A stretch of 64,000 nucleotides of DNA. It comes from a bacterium (GTDB taxonomy: Bacteria; Krumholzibacteriota; Krumholzibacteriia; LZORAL124-64-63). Positions 38,293 to 47,851 of this stretch are shown piece after piece. How positions within the stretch are numbered: position 1 is the first letter of the stretch; the number at the start of each line of letters is the position of its first letter. Location: the NCBI GenBank assembly GCA_016719645.1, contig JADJYS010000001.1, positions 134,558 to 198,557 of the forward strand. The letters run 5' to 3'. The translations under genes and the position numbers were made by a program. The notes below the pieces were generated by a model. It made no database searches. It saw only the letters and a list, made by a program, of their open reading frames with translations, and was not told the DNA's origin.

Positions 38293-40205
38293 GACGTCGC
38301 CTCCTCGAGCCAGGCGGCCGCCTGGCGTCCCGACACCCGGCCGCGCAGGGCGGGCATCACCCGGCCCATGATCGCGCGCCGCCGCGGCCCGTCCGCCTCC
38401 GGCAGGCCGGACGGCGGCGCGGCGGCCGCCTCGGCCCAGGCCGCGTCGAAGGCCGCGCGGGCCTCGCGCGGCGGCAGCGCGGCGGCGGGATCGCCGTCCG
38501 ACCACCAGATCGCTTCGGGCAGGACGCGGCCCGCGCGCAGCTCGTCCAGGGCGCGCTCCCACCAGGCGCCCGCCGCGGGCACGCTCGACGGCCGCGGCAG
38601 GTCGCGGTCCAGCAGCAGCGAGGCGAGCCCGGTCGCGGACAGGGGGCCGTCGCCGAGGCGGGGGTGCAGGTGGGCGTAGAGGTCGTAGGCCGGGTGCCGG
38701 GCCAGCCGGTCGGCCAGGTCCTCGCCCACGCCGTCGCGGCGCAGCCGCTCGCGGCGCTCCCAGGGCGGCGGCGGCAGGTCGGCGGCGAGGCGCGCGAGGC
38801 GGTCCGCGGCCAGCACGACCGGGGGCAGGTCGGTGTCCGGGTACATGCGGCTGGGGCCGGGCAGCACGCGCTCGAAGCCCGTGGTGTCGTCGGGCAGGGC
38901 CTGGCGGGTCTCCTCGGGCACGCCCTCGCAGGCCTCGCGCGCGCGCAGCAGGATCTCGCCCGCCGCGGTGCGGGCGTCGCGCTCGTCGCCCCAGACCACC
39001 ATGATGGGCGTGTCGCGCCCGACGCCGCAGGCGCGCTCGATGCGGCCCCACTCCGCCGACGAGAGCGTGGAGATCTCGCTCGTCGAGCAGATGACGTTCG
39101 GCAGCGTGTCGATGCAGGCGACCACGCGCACGCGGTCCGAGAATTCCTTCAGGAAGCGGGTGTGGGGCTGGGTCGGGGTGGAGACGAGCCCCTCGAAGCC
39201 GGGCAGGGGCACGGCCATGACGCGCGCGCCGCCCGCGACGGCCTCGCGCAGGTAGCTCCCCTCGGCGCCCTGGACGATCGAGGTCACGTCGCGCGAGGCG
39301 TCCGGCAGGGATTCCGCGGTCACGCCGCGCTCGCGCAGGACGTCGCGGATGGCCAGCAGGCTGCGCTGGCGCAGGGCCTCGTTGTGCACCAGCCGCGGGA
39401 TGCGCTTGATGCTCGGGACGCCCTTGATCTCGACGCGGGAGCCGCCGCGGATGCTGACGTTCACGTCCTGCCGCGCCGCGCCGACGCCCGTGCGCACCAG
39501 GCCGCTGGCGCGCGCCAGGCGGCGCAGCTCGTCGCAGACGGCGGCGACGTCCCAGGGGGTGTGCATGTCCGGATCGGTGACGGTCTCGATCAGGGGCATG
39601 CCGAGCCGGTCGGTGCGGTAGACGCGGGAGTGGCCGCGGTCGCTGACCTCGCGGCAGGAATCCTCCTCGATGGACAGCTGGCGGATCCCGATGCGCCGCC
39701 CGCGGTAGGGGACCGCGCCCTGGACGCCGATGATCGCCGTGCGCTGGAAGCCCGTCGGGATGCTGCCGTCGAGGTACTGCTTGCGGGCGATGTGGATCTC
39801 GTCGACCACCTGCAGGCCGAGCATCAGCGAGACCCGCACCGCGTGGTCGAGCGCCTCGGGGTTCATCTCGAAGGGCGGGGCGTCGTCCATCTCGTAGGTG
39901 CAGACCGTCTCGTCGTTCAGCAGGTAGGTGATGTTCTTGCGGGTCTTGAACTCCATCAGCGCGGTGCCGTCGTAGTCCCCCATCTCGCTGAGGGTCGGGC
40001 GCATGTGGCGCAGGATCTCCGCGTGGTGCTCGCCGGTGTAGCGGCCGGCGGGGCAGCGGCAGAAGAGCTTCTTCGAGGTCTGCAGCTGCTGGTGCACCTC
40101 GAGTCCGGACATCAGCCCGAGCGACTGGTATTCGTCCTCGCCCCAGGCTCCCAGGACGGGCAGCGGGGCGCCCTGCAGGGGATCGTAGCGGGAGACGTCG
40201 TTCAT
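38289..40205 (-). CDS. gatE: archaeal-type Glu-tRNA(Gln) amidotransferase subunit E
   Basis: GLEVHQQLQTSKKLFCRCP N-terminus, GatB/GatE catalytic core, C-terminal GatB/YqeY-like tail. About 638 aa as in archaeal GatE. Confidence 0.85.
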   Translation of the reverse strand: MNDVSRYDPLQGAPLPVLGAWGEDEYQSLGLMSGLEVHQQLQTSKKLFCRCPAGRYTGEHHAEILRHMRPTLSEMGDYDGTALMEFKTRKNITYLLNDETVCTYEMDDAPPFEMNPEALDHAVRVSLMLGLQVVDEIHIARKQYLDGSIPTGFQRTAIIGVQGAVPYRGRRIGIRQLSIEEDSCREVSDRGHSRVYRTDRLGMPLIETVTDPDMHTPWDVAAVCDELRRLARASGLVRTGVGAARQDVNVSIRGGSRVEIKGVPSIKRIPRLVHNEALRQRSLLAIRDVLRERGVTAESLPDASRDVTSIVQGAEGSYLREAVAGGARVMAVPLPGFEGLVSTPTQPHTRFLKEFSDRVRVVACIDTLPNVICSTSEISTLSSAEWGRIERACGVGRDTPIMVVWGDERDARTAAGEILLRAREACEGVPEETRQALPDDTTGFERVLPGPSRMYPDTDLPPVVLAADRLARLAADLPPPPWERRERLRRDGVGEDLADRLARHPAYDLYAHLHPRLGDGPLSATGLASLLLDRDLPRPSSVPAAGAWWERALDELRAGRVLPEAIWWSDGDPAAALPPREARAAFDAAWAEAAAAPPSGLPEADGPRRRAIMGRVMPALRGRVSGRQAAAWLEEATS

Positions 40206-40304
40206 GGGCGTCCTGTGCGGCTGGAGTGGAGGGAACGTGCGGCGCGGGACCAATATAGGGGGCGCGCTACGGGGGGCCAACGTTGTTTTCCCGTCGGCAG
40301 GAGG

Positions 40305-40335
40305 TTGTGAAATCTCGTCAACCAGCATCTTGACG
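40305..40335. promoter_or_regulatory. candidate Rex operator/inverted repeat in the gatE-rex divergent region
   Basis: TTGTGAAatctCGTCAAC matches half of the TTGTGAA-N4-TTCACAA Rex box. It overlaps a perfect IR cgtcaa-N8-ttgacg. Confidence 0.3.
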
Positions 40336-40434
40336 GGCATCCGGCGGCGGGAGTAGATTGGTCCTGTCAAAGACCTAACAAGAACGCTCGTGATCCGATC
40401 GGCGCCGCGCCGCGGCCGGCGAAGGGAGATCCCG

Positions 40435-41109
40435 GTGAGGGTCGTCAACACCAAGGGCAAGAAGTTCCGCGTTCCCGACGCCACCATCCTGCGTCTGCCG
40501 CTGTACCTGGACAAGCTCATCCTGCTGCAGCAGGCGGGCGTCAAGGAAGTCTCGTCGCGGCAACTCGCGACCTCCCTGGACATCAAGGCCAGCCAGCTGC
40601 GGCACGATTTCCACTACTTCGGGGGCTTCAGCAAGCCGGGCCGTCCCTACCAGGTCGACAAGCTGGTGCCGGCCCTCGAGGAGATCATCGGGGTCGACGT
40701 GCCGGTGCCCATGATCATCGTGGGAGCCGGCCACCTCGGCCAGGGCCTGGCCAACTACCGCAACTTCGAGCGCCTGGGCTTCCCGCTGCGCGGGATCTTC
40801 GACGTGGACCCGAAGCTCGTCGGCCTGGAGATCCGCGGCGTGCCGATCCGGCCGCTGTCCGAGATGCCCGCCTACGTGCAGGAGAACGGCATCCGGGTCG
40901 GCGTGCTGACCGTGCCGGTGGGGGTGGCCCAGGACGTCGCCAACCAGATGGTCGCCGCCGGCGTGGTCGGCATCTGGAACTTCACGCCGACCGACATCCG
41001 CACCCCGCCGCAGGTCATCGTGCGCAACGAGCGGCTGGCGGTGGGCCTGATGTGCCTGAGCTTCAAGGCCAAGCGGGTCGGCCAGGCCGAAGAGCTGAAG
41101 CAGGACTGA
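40435..41109 (+). CDS. rex: redox-sensing transcriptional repressor Rex
   Basis: RLPLYL...wHTH N-terminus and Rossmann NADH-sensing domain (IVGAGHLG). GTG start after GAAGGGAG RBS. Confidence 0.85.
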   Translation: MRVVNTKGKKFRVPDATILRLPLYLDKLILLQQAGVKEVSSRQLATSLDIKASQLRHDFHYFGGFSKPGRPYQVDKLVPALEEIIGVDVPVPMIIVGAGHLGQGLANYRNFERLGFPLRGIFDVDPKLVGLEIRGVPIRPLSEMPAYVQENGIRVGVLTVPVGVAQDVANQMVAAGVVGIWNFTPTDIRTPPQVIVRNERLAVGLMCLSFKAKRVGQAEELKQD

Positions 41110-41117
41110 CCCGCAGG

Positions 41118-42110
41118 TCACCAGCGGATCAGGTTGGCGCCCCAGGTGAAGCCCGAGCCGAACGCCACCAGCACCAGCAGGTCGCCGCGTTCGAGCCGGC
41201 CCTCCCGCGTCGCCTCGCTCAGCGCGATGGGGATCGACGCCGCCGTCGTGTTGCCGTAGCGGTGGATGTTGCTGAAGACCTGCTCCGCGGACAGGTCGAA
41301 GCGCTTGGTCACCGCCTCGGTGATGCGCAGGTTGGCCTGGTGGGGGATGACCAGCTTGACGTCCTGCTTCGCGACCCCGCCCGCCTCGAGCACCTCCTGG
41401 ATCGCCTCGCAGAAGCGCCGCACCGCGTGCGTGTAGACGGCCCGGCCGTTCATGTGCGGGAAGTGGCGGCCCTCGGCGATCTGCGCGGCCGTGATGCGGC
41501 CCGGCTGGCTGCCCGACGGCAGCTCGCACCACAGCTCGCGGGCGAACTCGCCCTGGCTGTGCAGGACGCTGGCCAGCACGTCGCCCGGCCCCTCGCCCGC
41601 CTGCAGCACGACGGCGCCGGCCCCGTCGCCGAACAGCACGGCGATGTCGCGGCCGCGGTCGGAGATGTCCAGCGAGGTGGAGTGGATCTCCGTGCCGACG
41701 ACCAGCACGGTGCGCGCGAGCCCGGCCTTGATGTGGGCCGCGGCCGTGGCCAGGCCGTAGACGAAGCCGGTGCACTGGTTGCGGATGTCCAGGGCGCCGA
41801 CCGTCCGTGCGCCCAGCGCGTGCTGCAGCAGGACGCCGTTGCCCGGGAAGAAGCAGTCGGGGTTGAGGGTCGCGCAGATGATCAGGTCGAGATCCCCGGC
41901 CGCGAGGCCCGCGTCCTGCAGCGCCATGCGCGCGGCGCCGGCGGCGAGGTCGTCGAGCGTCGTGCCGGGGGTGATCCAGCGGCGCTCGCGGATCCCGGTG
42001 CGCTCGACGATCCACTCGTCGCTGGTGTCCATCCACTGCGCCAGGTCGTGGTTGGTCACGACGCGCTCGGGCACGCAGTGCCCCGTCCCGATCACCTTCG
42101 CACAGGTCAC
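41118..42110 (-). CDS. fabH: 3-oxoacyl-ACP synthase III
   Basis: Cys-His-Asn triad context (NQCTGFVYGL, HQAN, GNTTAASIP). GTG start. Confidence 0.9.
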   Translation of the reverse strand: MTCAKVIGTGHCVPERVVTNHDLAQWMDTSDEWIVERTGIRERRWITPGTTLDDLAAGAARMALQDAGLAAGDLDLIICATLNPDCFFPGNGVLLQHALGARTVGALDIRNQCTGFVYGLATAAAHIKAGLARTVLVVGTEIHSTSLDISDRGRDIAVLFGDGAGAVVLQAGEGPGDVLASVLHSQGEFARELWCELPSGSQPGRITAAQIAEGRHFPHMNGRAVYTHAVRRFCEAIQEVLEAGGVAKQDVKLVIPHQANLRITEAVTKRFDLSAEQVFSNIHRYGNTTAASIPIALSEATREGRLERGDLLVLVAFGSGFTWGANLIRW

Positions 42111-42125
42111 GTCCTGCCTCCCGGT

Positions 42126-42940
42126 TCAGCGGCTCGTGATCTTGAGGTCGCGGCCCAGGGCCGCCGCGTGCGCGGCGGCCCAGGCCCCGGCTTCGGCCTC
42201 GGAACGGAACCAGGCCACGCGGACCCGCGTCAGCGAAGCGCCGCCGGCCGTCCTGACGGTTTCGGTCTCGATGCGGTGGCCGGCCTTGCGCAGCCGGGTC
42301 ACCAGCTCTTCGGCGTTGGCCGGCTGGCCGAAGGCGCCCAGCTGGATCGCCCACGCGCCCGAGGCGCCCGGGGGCACGATCGCCGTGCCGGCCGGCGTCG
42401 GCGCGGTCTCGACCGCGGCCGCCCCGTCCGGTCGCCGACGGGCTCGTCGCCGCCCGCCAGGCCGTCGGCACCGGCCGCCGCGCCGCGAACGGCCGCCGCC
42501 CGGCCGCCGGGGCTCTCGGGCACCACCTCGGGGGCTTCCTGCGCCAGGTCCACGTCACCGCTGACGGGCCGCTGGGGGTCGTAGGGGAGCCCGGGGGAGT
42601 CGGAGGTCACGACCGACGTCTGCTCGCCCACCGGCGGCGGCAGTTCGAAGCCGCCGCGCGGCCAGAAGATGAACACCAGGATCGCCACCAGGGCGACCCC
42701 CACGGCGGCCAGGATCCCGCGGCCGCTGCGGCCGCCGCGCCTGCGCACGCCGACCACCGTCGCCGGCGCGCGCCAGGCGTCGTCGCCGTCCGGCTCGTCT
42801 CCGGCCGGGGCGTTCCCGGGCGGTGCGTCGGGTGCGGGCGCCCAGGCGCTGCGCGGGTCATCGTCCCGATCCTCGGCCCGGTTGAGGAACTCCAGGTCGC
42901 CGTCGTCCTCGTCGTCGTCGCGGCGCCGGTCGTCGAACAT
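42126..42940 (-). CDS. SPOR-domain (septal peptidoglycan-binding) membrane protein; N-terminal and SPOR parts lie in different frames
   Basis: N-terminal acidic cytoplasmic tail plus TM helix (ILAAVGVALVAILVFIFW) in frame of ORF 42299..42940. C-terminal SPOR domain (AWAIQLGAFGQPANAEELVTRL...RVRVAWF) in frame of ORF 42126..42377. The P/A/G-rich linker hides the frameshift position. Confidence 0.6.
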
Positions 42941-43090
42941 CGCGCGTCCTCCGGTCTAGTGGGATGCAGCCCGGGCGCGAGTATAGGCGGGCCCGGGCCG
43001 GTCGCACAAGCGCGGAACCGCCGCCCACCCCGGCCGACGCGCGCTTGCGCCGCCGCCGCGTGCCGCCTATGATCGCCAAGGGAGGACCGC

Positions 43091-43804
43091 ATGAGCCGTC
43101 AGCAGAGCCGACGTCGCCGGGCCGAGGCCTTCATCTTCGACCTCGACGGCACGCTCGTCGACTCGGGACGCGATCTCGCCGTCTCGGCCAACTTCGTGCG
43201 CGCCCGCTTCGGGCTGCCGGAACTCCCGGAACCGGTCGTCGTCTCCTTCGTGGGCGACGGCGTGGGCAAGCTCGTCGAGCGCGCGCTGGCCGACCTGGGG
43301 GGACCGTCGGCCGCCGAGCGCGTCGCCGAGGGCCTGGGCGTCTTCATGGACCACCACGACCGCCACTGCCTCGACCACAGCCGCCTGTACCCGGGCGTGC
43401 TGGAGACGCTGCGCAGGTTCGCCGACTTCCCGCTGATGGTGGCCACGAACAAGTCCCGCCGCTTCGCCGTGAAGGTGCTGGCGGGACTGCACGTCGACGG
43501 GGCCTTCCGCCGGGTGGTGTGCGGCGACGACGTCGCACGCCGCAAGCCCGACCCCGAGCCGCTGGCGCTCTGCCTGCAGGGGCTGGGCGTCGACCCCCGC
43601 GACGTGGCCATGGTCGGGGACGGGACCAACGACGTCCTGGCGGCCCGCGCCCTGGGCTGCACCGCCGTCGGCTGCGCCTTCGGCCTCACCGCGCGCGACC
43701 GCCTGCTCGCCGCCGGCCCCGACCTCGTGCTGGAGTCCTTCGCCGAGCTCGCCGACCACTTCGTCTCCCGTCCCGCCCCCGCGCCCCGGAAGGCCGGCCC
43801 ATGA
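43091..43804 (+). CDS. HAD-family hydrolase (phosphoglycolate-phosphatase-like)
   Basis: FIFDLDGTLVDS motif I, VATNKS motif II, K...GDGTNDV motifs III/IV. Confidence 0.75.
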   Translation: MSRQQSRRRRAEAFIFDLDGTLVDSGRDLAVSANFVRARFGLPELPEPVVVSFVGDGVGKLVERALADLGGPSAAERVAEGLGVFMDHHDRHCLDHSRLYPGVLETLRRFADFPLMVATNKSRRFAVKVLAGLHVDGAFRRVVCGDDVARRKPDPEPLALCLQGLGVDPRDVAMVGDGTNDVLAARALGCTAVGCAFGLTARDRLLAAGPDLVLESFAELADHFVSRPAPAPRKAGP

Positions 43805-45577
43805 ACCGTCCGCCCGCGCTCTCGCCCTGGCCGCTCCACGACCTGCTCGCGCGCGCCGTCGCCGAGCTGGACGCCCGCGGCGCGATCTTCGACCTCCCGG
43901 CCGGCAAGTGGCACCGGCCCGTCGACGGCGTCGACCTCGCCGACACGGTCGGCGGCCACGCCGTCGGCACGCCGCTGGGCCCGGCCGCCGGTCCGCACAC
44001 GCAGCTGGCGCAGAACCTGGCCCTGAGCTGGCTGGCCGGGGCGCGCACCCTCGAACTCAAGACCGTCCAGGTCCTCGACGAGCTGGAGATCCCGCGCCCC
44101 TGCATCGACATGGCCGCCGAGGGCTACAACGTCGAATGGAGCCAGGAGCTGCGCCTGGAGGAGTTCCCTGCGCGAGTACGCCAAGGCCGCGCTGCTGATC
44201 GCGGTCCTGCGCGCCTGGGAGCCGGTGCGCGCGGTGGTCGGGGAGCCCGGCGGCCACGTCTTCGAGCTGTCGTGCGGCTACGACCTGGCCGGCGTGCGCA
44301 GCGCGACGATGGCCGCGTTCCTGGACCGCCTCGGCGACGCGGGCGCGGAGGTGGACGCGCAGCGCCGCGGGGTGCCGCGCGCGCTGGCCGCCCTGCGCGA
44401 CGTCGAGGTGCCGGCGCGCCTCTGCACCGGCGCCACCCTGAGCACCTTCCACGGCTGCCCGCCGGGGGAGATCGAGGCCATCGTCCGCCACCTGATGACC
44501 CGCCACGGCCTGGACGTCACGGTGAAGCTGAACCCCACGCTGCTGGGCGCCGACGCGGTGGCGGCGATCCTGCACGACCGGCTCGGCTACCGCGACGCGG
44601 CCCTGGTGCCGCAGGCCTTCGCCGAGGACCTGGTCATGGACCGCGCCCTGGAACTCGTCGGCGGCCTGGCGGATTTCGCGCGCGCGCAGGGCCGCCGCTT
44701 CGGCATCAAGCTCACCAACACCCTGGTGGTCGCCAACGCGCGCGGCCGCCTGCCGGGCGAGCGCGCCTACCTCTCGGGGGCGCCGCTGCACGTGCTGGCC
44801 GCCACCCTGCTGGCCGAACTCGACGCCCGCCTGCCCGGCCGCCTGGCGCTGGCCGGCCGGCCCGGGGGCGAGGTGCCGGTCTCGTTCTCGGCGGGGATCG
44901 AGCGCGGCAACGCGGCCGAGGCCGTGGCGCTCGGGCTGGCGCCGGTGACCGTCTGCAGCGACCTGCTGAAGCCCGGCGGCTACGGCCGCCTGTCCGGGAT
45001 GCTGCGCCGGCTGGCCGACGAGATGCGCGCCGCCGGCTGCGCCGACCTGGCGTCCTGGCGGGCGCGGGCCGCCGCCGCGGCCCGCGACGGCGGCTTCCCC
45101 TCGGCCGCGGCCGCCTACGCCGCGCGCCTGGCCGCCCCCGACGGCGCGGCGCCCTACGCCGCGGTCGCGGTGCGCGCGCCGCTGAAGAGCACCGGCCGCA
45201 AGCTGGACCTGTTCGACTGCACGAGCTGCCACCTCTGCGTGACGGTCTGCCCGAACGACGCGATGATCCGCCTGGCCCGTCCCGACGGGTGCGAGGACCG
45301 CCTGGCCAAGCGCTGGCAGTACCTGTGCCTGGCCGACCTGTGCAACGACTGCGGCAACTGCGCGACCTTCTGCCCCGACGACGGGGCGCCCCACCGGGCG
45401 AAGCCCCGCCTGCACCTGGCGGGCGGGGGGGCCGCGCCGGCCGAATCCGATTATCGTGTCGCGCGCGCCGGCGGGGCCTGGACCGCGGCCGGCGCGCGCG
45501 AACCCGCGCTGGTCGCCGCCCTGCTGCGCGACCTGCCGCTGCCGGCCGAGGACCCGGAACCCGAGGATGCGTCATGA
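43801..45577 (+). CDS. DHOD/DPD-family TIM-barrel flavoprotein with C-terminal 2x[4Fe-4S] ferredoxin domain (PreA-like), apparent 1-nt frameshift near 44175-44190
   Basis: N-terminal 120 aa (GTPLGPAAG...LELKTVQ...IPRP) in frame of 43801. Remainder (FELSCGY, VKLNPT, IKLTNT, CTSCHLCVTVCP, CNDCGNCATFCP) in ORF 44225..45577. Removing one base in gaggagttccctgcg gives continuous EESLREYAKAALL. ATGA overlaps with both neighbours. Confidence 0.7.
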
Positions 45578-47547
45578 CCGCACGTCCGCCCCTGTTCACG
45601 CCGTTCGCCCGCGACGAGGAGACCATCCGGATCGCGCCTGCGCTCGCCCGCGACGGCGGCCTGCTCGCCTGGGCCCGCGACTTCCAGCTGGGCACGGCCG
45701 GCTACCGCGACCTGCTCGACCCCGCCGACCTGCACAGCACCGAGGTCCCGTTCAACAGCCTGAACGTGTCGGTGATGCTGGCCGCCCGCGCCCAGCTGGC
45801 GCTCGAGGAGGGGCTGGCCCACCTCCACGTGGGCGGCGAGGTGCGGCCGCACACCCAGGAGTTCATCGACCTGGCGGCCCGCCTCTACGCCGCCTGCGGG
45901 ATCTGCGTCCACCTGCGTCCCGAGGGGGTGCGCACCACGCCGATCTGGCTGTCGTCCTTCGGGGTGAACTACGAGGAGCTGGACGGGGGCGAGAACTTCA
46001 CCGCCTCGCACAGCCAGAGCTACAAGGGCGGCTGGAAGCCGATGGACGAATCGGGCATGCAGCTGCTGGAGATGGCGGGCCGCATCGCCGACCGCGTGCG
46101 CCTGCTGGCCGAGCGGGCGGCCGAGGAGGGGCTCGAGATCCCGCTCGCGGCCGCGGACGACCCCCTGATCGTGCGCGACTTCGATCCCGTCGCCGCGTAC
46201 GCGGACGCGCTGCGGGCCATCGTGCCCGCGGACATGCTGGACGGGATCGCCGCGGCCGCGGCCCGGGGCTTCCGCACCGCGATCTGCACCGAGGGCGGCA
46301 GCATGGGCGCCGCCGCGCGCCGCGTCTTCGCCGAGCTGGGCGTGGGCGTCGACGGGGACGGGCCCGTCTTCTTCACCCACGAGGCGGAGGCCAGCGACTA
46401 CCACGGCATCGGGATCCTGGACGGCGTGAACCACGGCGTCGACCCCGGCAAGTGGCAGGTCTACAAGCACGTCGGCGCGCAGGCGCTGCTGCGGGAACGG
46501 CGCGCCGACCTGGTGTTCATCTGGGACCCCGACGGCGACCGCTTCAACATGGTGACCGCGGCGCCCGCCGCCCTGGCCGACCGCGCCCGCGCGGCCGGGC
46601 TCGAGGTCGACCCGCTCGACGACGCGCGCGTGCTGGTCTTCTTCAAGCCGAACCAGATCTACTTCATGCTCGCCGCGGCGCGCCTCGAGGCGCTGCACGC
46701 CGCCGGGACCCTCGGCGACGACGACTGGATCGTGGCCACGAGCTGGCCGACCAGCCGCAGCATCGGCGAGCTGGCCGAGGCCTTCAACCGGCGCCACGGC
46801 ACGCGGCTGAGCACCTTCCGCGTGCCGGTCGGCTTCAAGCACTTCGGGAGCCTGGTCGCCGACCTGGAGGACCAGGTGCTCGAGTCCGACCCCGACGATC
46901 CCGGCCTGACCACCCGCGCCGTGGACGCGACCGGGACCGAGACGGTGTTCGGCCCCCGCCCCCGGCTGCTGATCATGGCCGAGGAGAGCGGCGGCGCCGC
47001 GCTGGGCCCCGGCGACTGGATGCTGTCGCGCGACGAGGAGCGCGCGACCCTGGCGATCAAGGAGAAGGACGCCATGCAGGTCGGGCTGGTCGCCCTGGGC
47101 CTCGGGGCGCGCCTGTTCGCCGCGGGGGGCAGCTTCGCCGCCTTCTACCTGGACCGCCTCGACGCCTACGGCATCGTGCACCGGTTCTACGAGCGGCGCG
47201 ACGTGACCCTGTTCGACGAGTCGCTGCGCGGCGCGGCCCGCGAGGAGGCCCGCGCCGCGGGCAACCGGCGCAAGGCGGCCGCGGTGGCCTGCTTCGCGGC
47301 GCTGGAGGGGCTGCCGCCGGCCGAGGTGGCCGCCGCCCTGCGCCGGCGCCTGCCGGCGGGCTGCGAGCTGCCGCCGGTCGTGCGCTGCTTCCGGGCCGGC
47401 GACGGCACGCTGATCGAGTTCGAGGGCTGCTGGTTCGAACTGCGGGCCAGCGGCACCGACGCCGTGCTGCGCTACTACTGCGAGGGCGGCGACGCGGCGC
47501 GCGTCGGCGAGCTGAACTCGGCCCTGATCGGCCTGGACCTGGACTGA
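45574..47547 (+). CDS. alpha-D-phosphohexomutase-superfamily protein (PGM/PMM-like)
   Basis: Active-site Ser loop TASHSQSYKGGWK, metal loop DPDGDR, sugar-binding EESGG. 657 aa. Confidence 0.75.
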   Translation: MTARPPLFTPFARDEETIRIAPALARDGGLLAWARDFQLGTAGYRDLLDPADLHSTEVPFNSLNVSVMLAARAQLALEEGLAHLHVGGEVRPHTQEFIDLAARLYAACGICVHLRPEGVRTTPIWLSSFGVNYEELDGGENFTASHSQSYKGGWKPMDESGMQLLEMAGRIADRVRLLAERAAEEGLEIPLAAADDPLIVRDFDPVAAYADALRAIVPADMLDGIAAAAARGFRTAICTEGGSMGAAARRVFAELGVGVDGDGPVFFTHEAEASDYHGIGILDGVNHGVDPGKWQVYKHVGAQALLRERRADLVFIWDPDGDRFNMVTAAPAALADRARAAGLEVDPLDDARVLVFFKPNQIYFMLAAARLEALHAAGTLGDDDWIVATSWPTSRSIGELAEAFNRRHGTRLSTFRVPVGFKHFGSLVADLEDQVLESDPDDPGLTTRAVDATGTETVFGPRPRLLIMAEESGGAALGPGDWMLSRDEERATLAIKEKDAMQVGLVALGLGARLFAAGGSFAAFYLDRLDAYGIVHRFYERRDVTLFDESLRGAAREEARAAGNRRKAAAVACFAALEGLPPAEVAAALRRRLPAGCELPPVVRCFRAGDGTLIEFEGCWFELRASGTDAVLRYYCEGGDAARVGELNSALIGLDLD

Positions 47548-47558
47548 GGGAGGTACCC

Positions 47559-47828
47559 GTGGGAGGCAAGGGCTACGTCACGCTGACGGTCTACAGCGCC
47601 ACCTGGTGCCCGGACTGCCGCGTCGCCAAGCGCTTCCTGGACGAGCACGGCGTGGTGTACGACACGGTGGAGATCGACCGCGACGAGGACGCCGCCCGGC
47701 TGCTGGAGGAGCGGACCGGCAAGCGCGGGATCCCGTACTTCGTGCTGGACGGGGAGCGCTGGGTGCGCGCCTACGTCCCGCGCCAGGGCTTCGACCGCGA
47801 GGGCATGGCCGAGCTGCTCGGGCTCTGA
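47559..47828 (+). CDS. glutaredoxin-like protein (CPDC active site)
   Basis: 89 aa, TVYSATWCPDCRVAKRFL...GIPYFVL thioredoxin-fold motif. GTG start 8 nt after GAGGGAGG. Confidence 0.7.
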   Translation: MGGKGYVTLTVYSATWCPDCRVAKRFLDEHGVVYDTVEIDRDEDAARLLEERTGKRGIPYFVLDGERWVRAYVPRQGFDREGMAELLGL

Positions 47829-47851
47829 GCGCCGCGGCGCCGGACGCGGCC

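Noticed and set aside
42964-47547. 1527-aa single ORF covering the HAD, PreA-like and mutase genes
   Set aside because: Composite of real segments (43801-44180 and 45574-47547) joined by an open wrong frame. It is resolved here into separate genes plus a frameshift.
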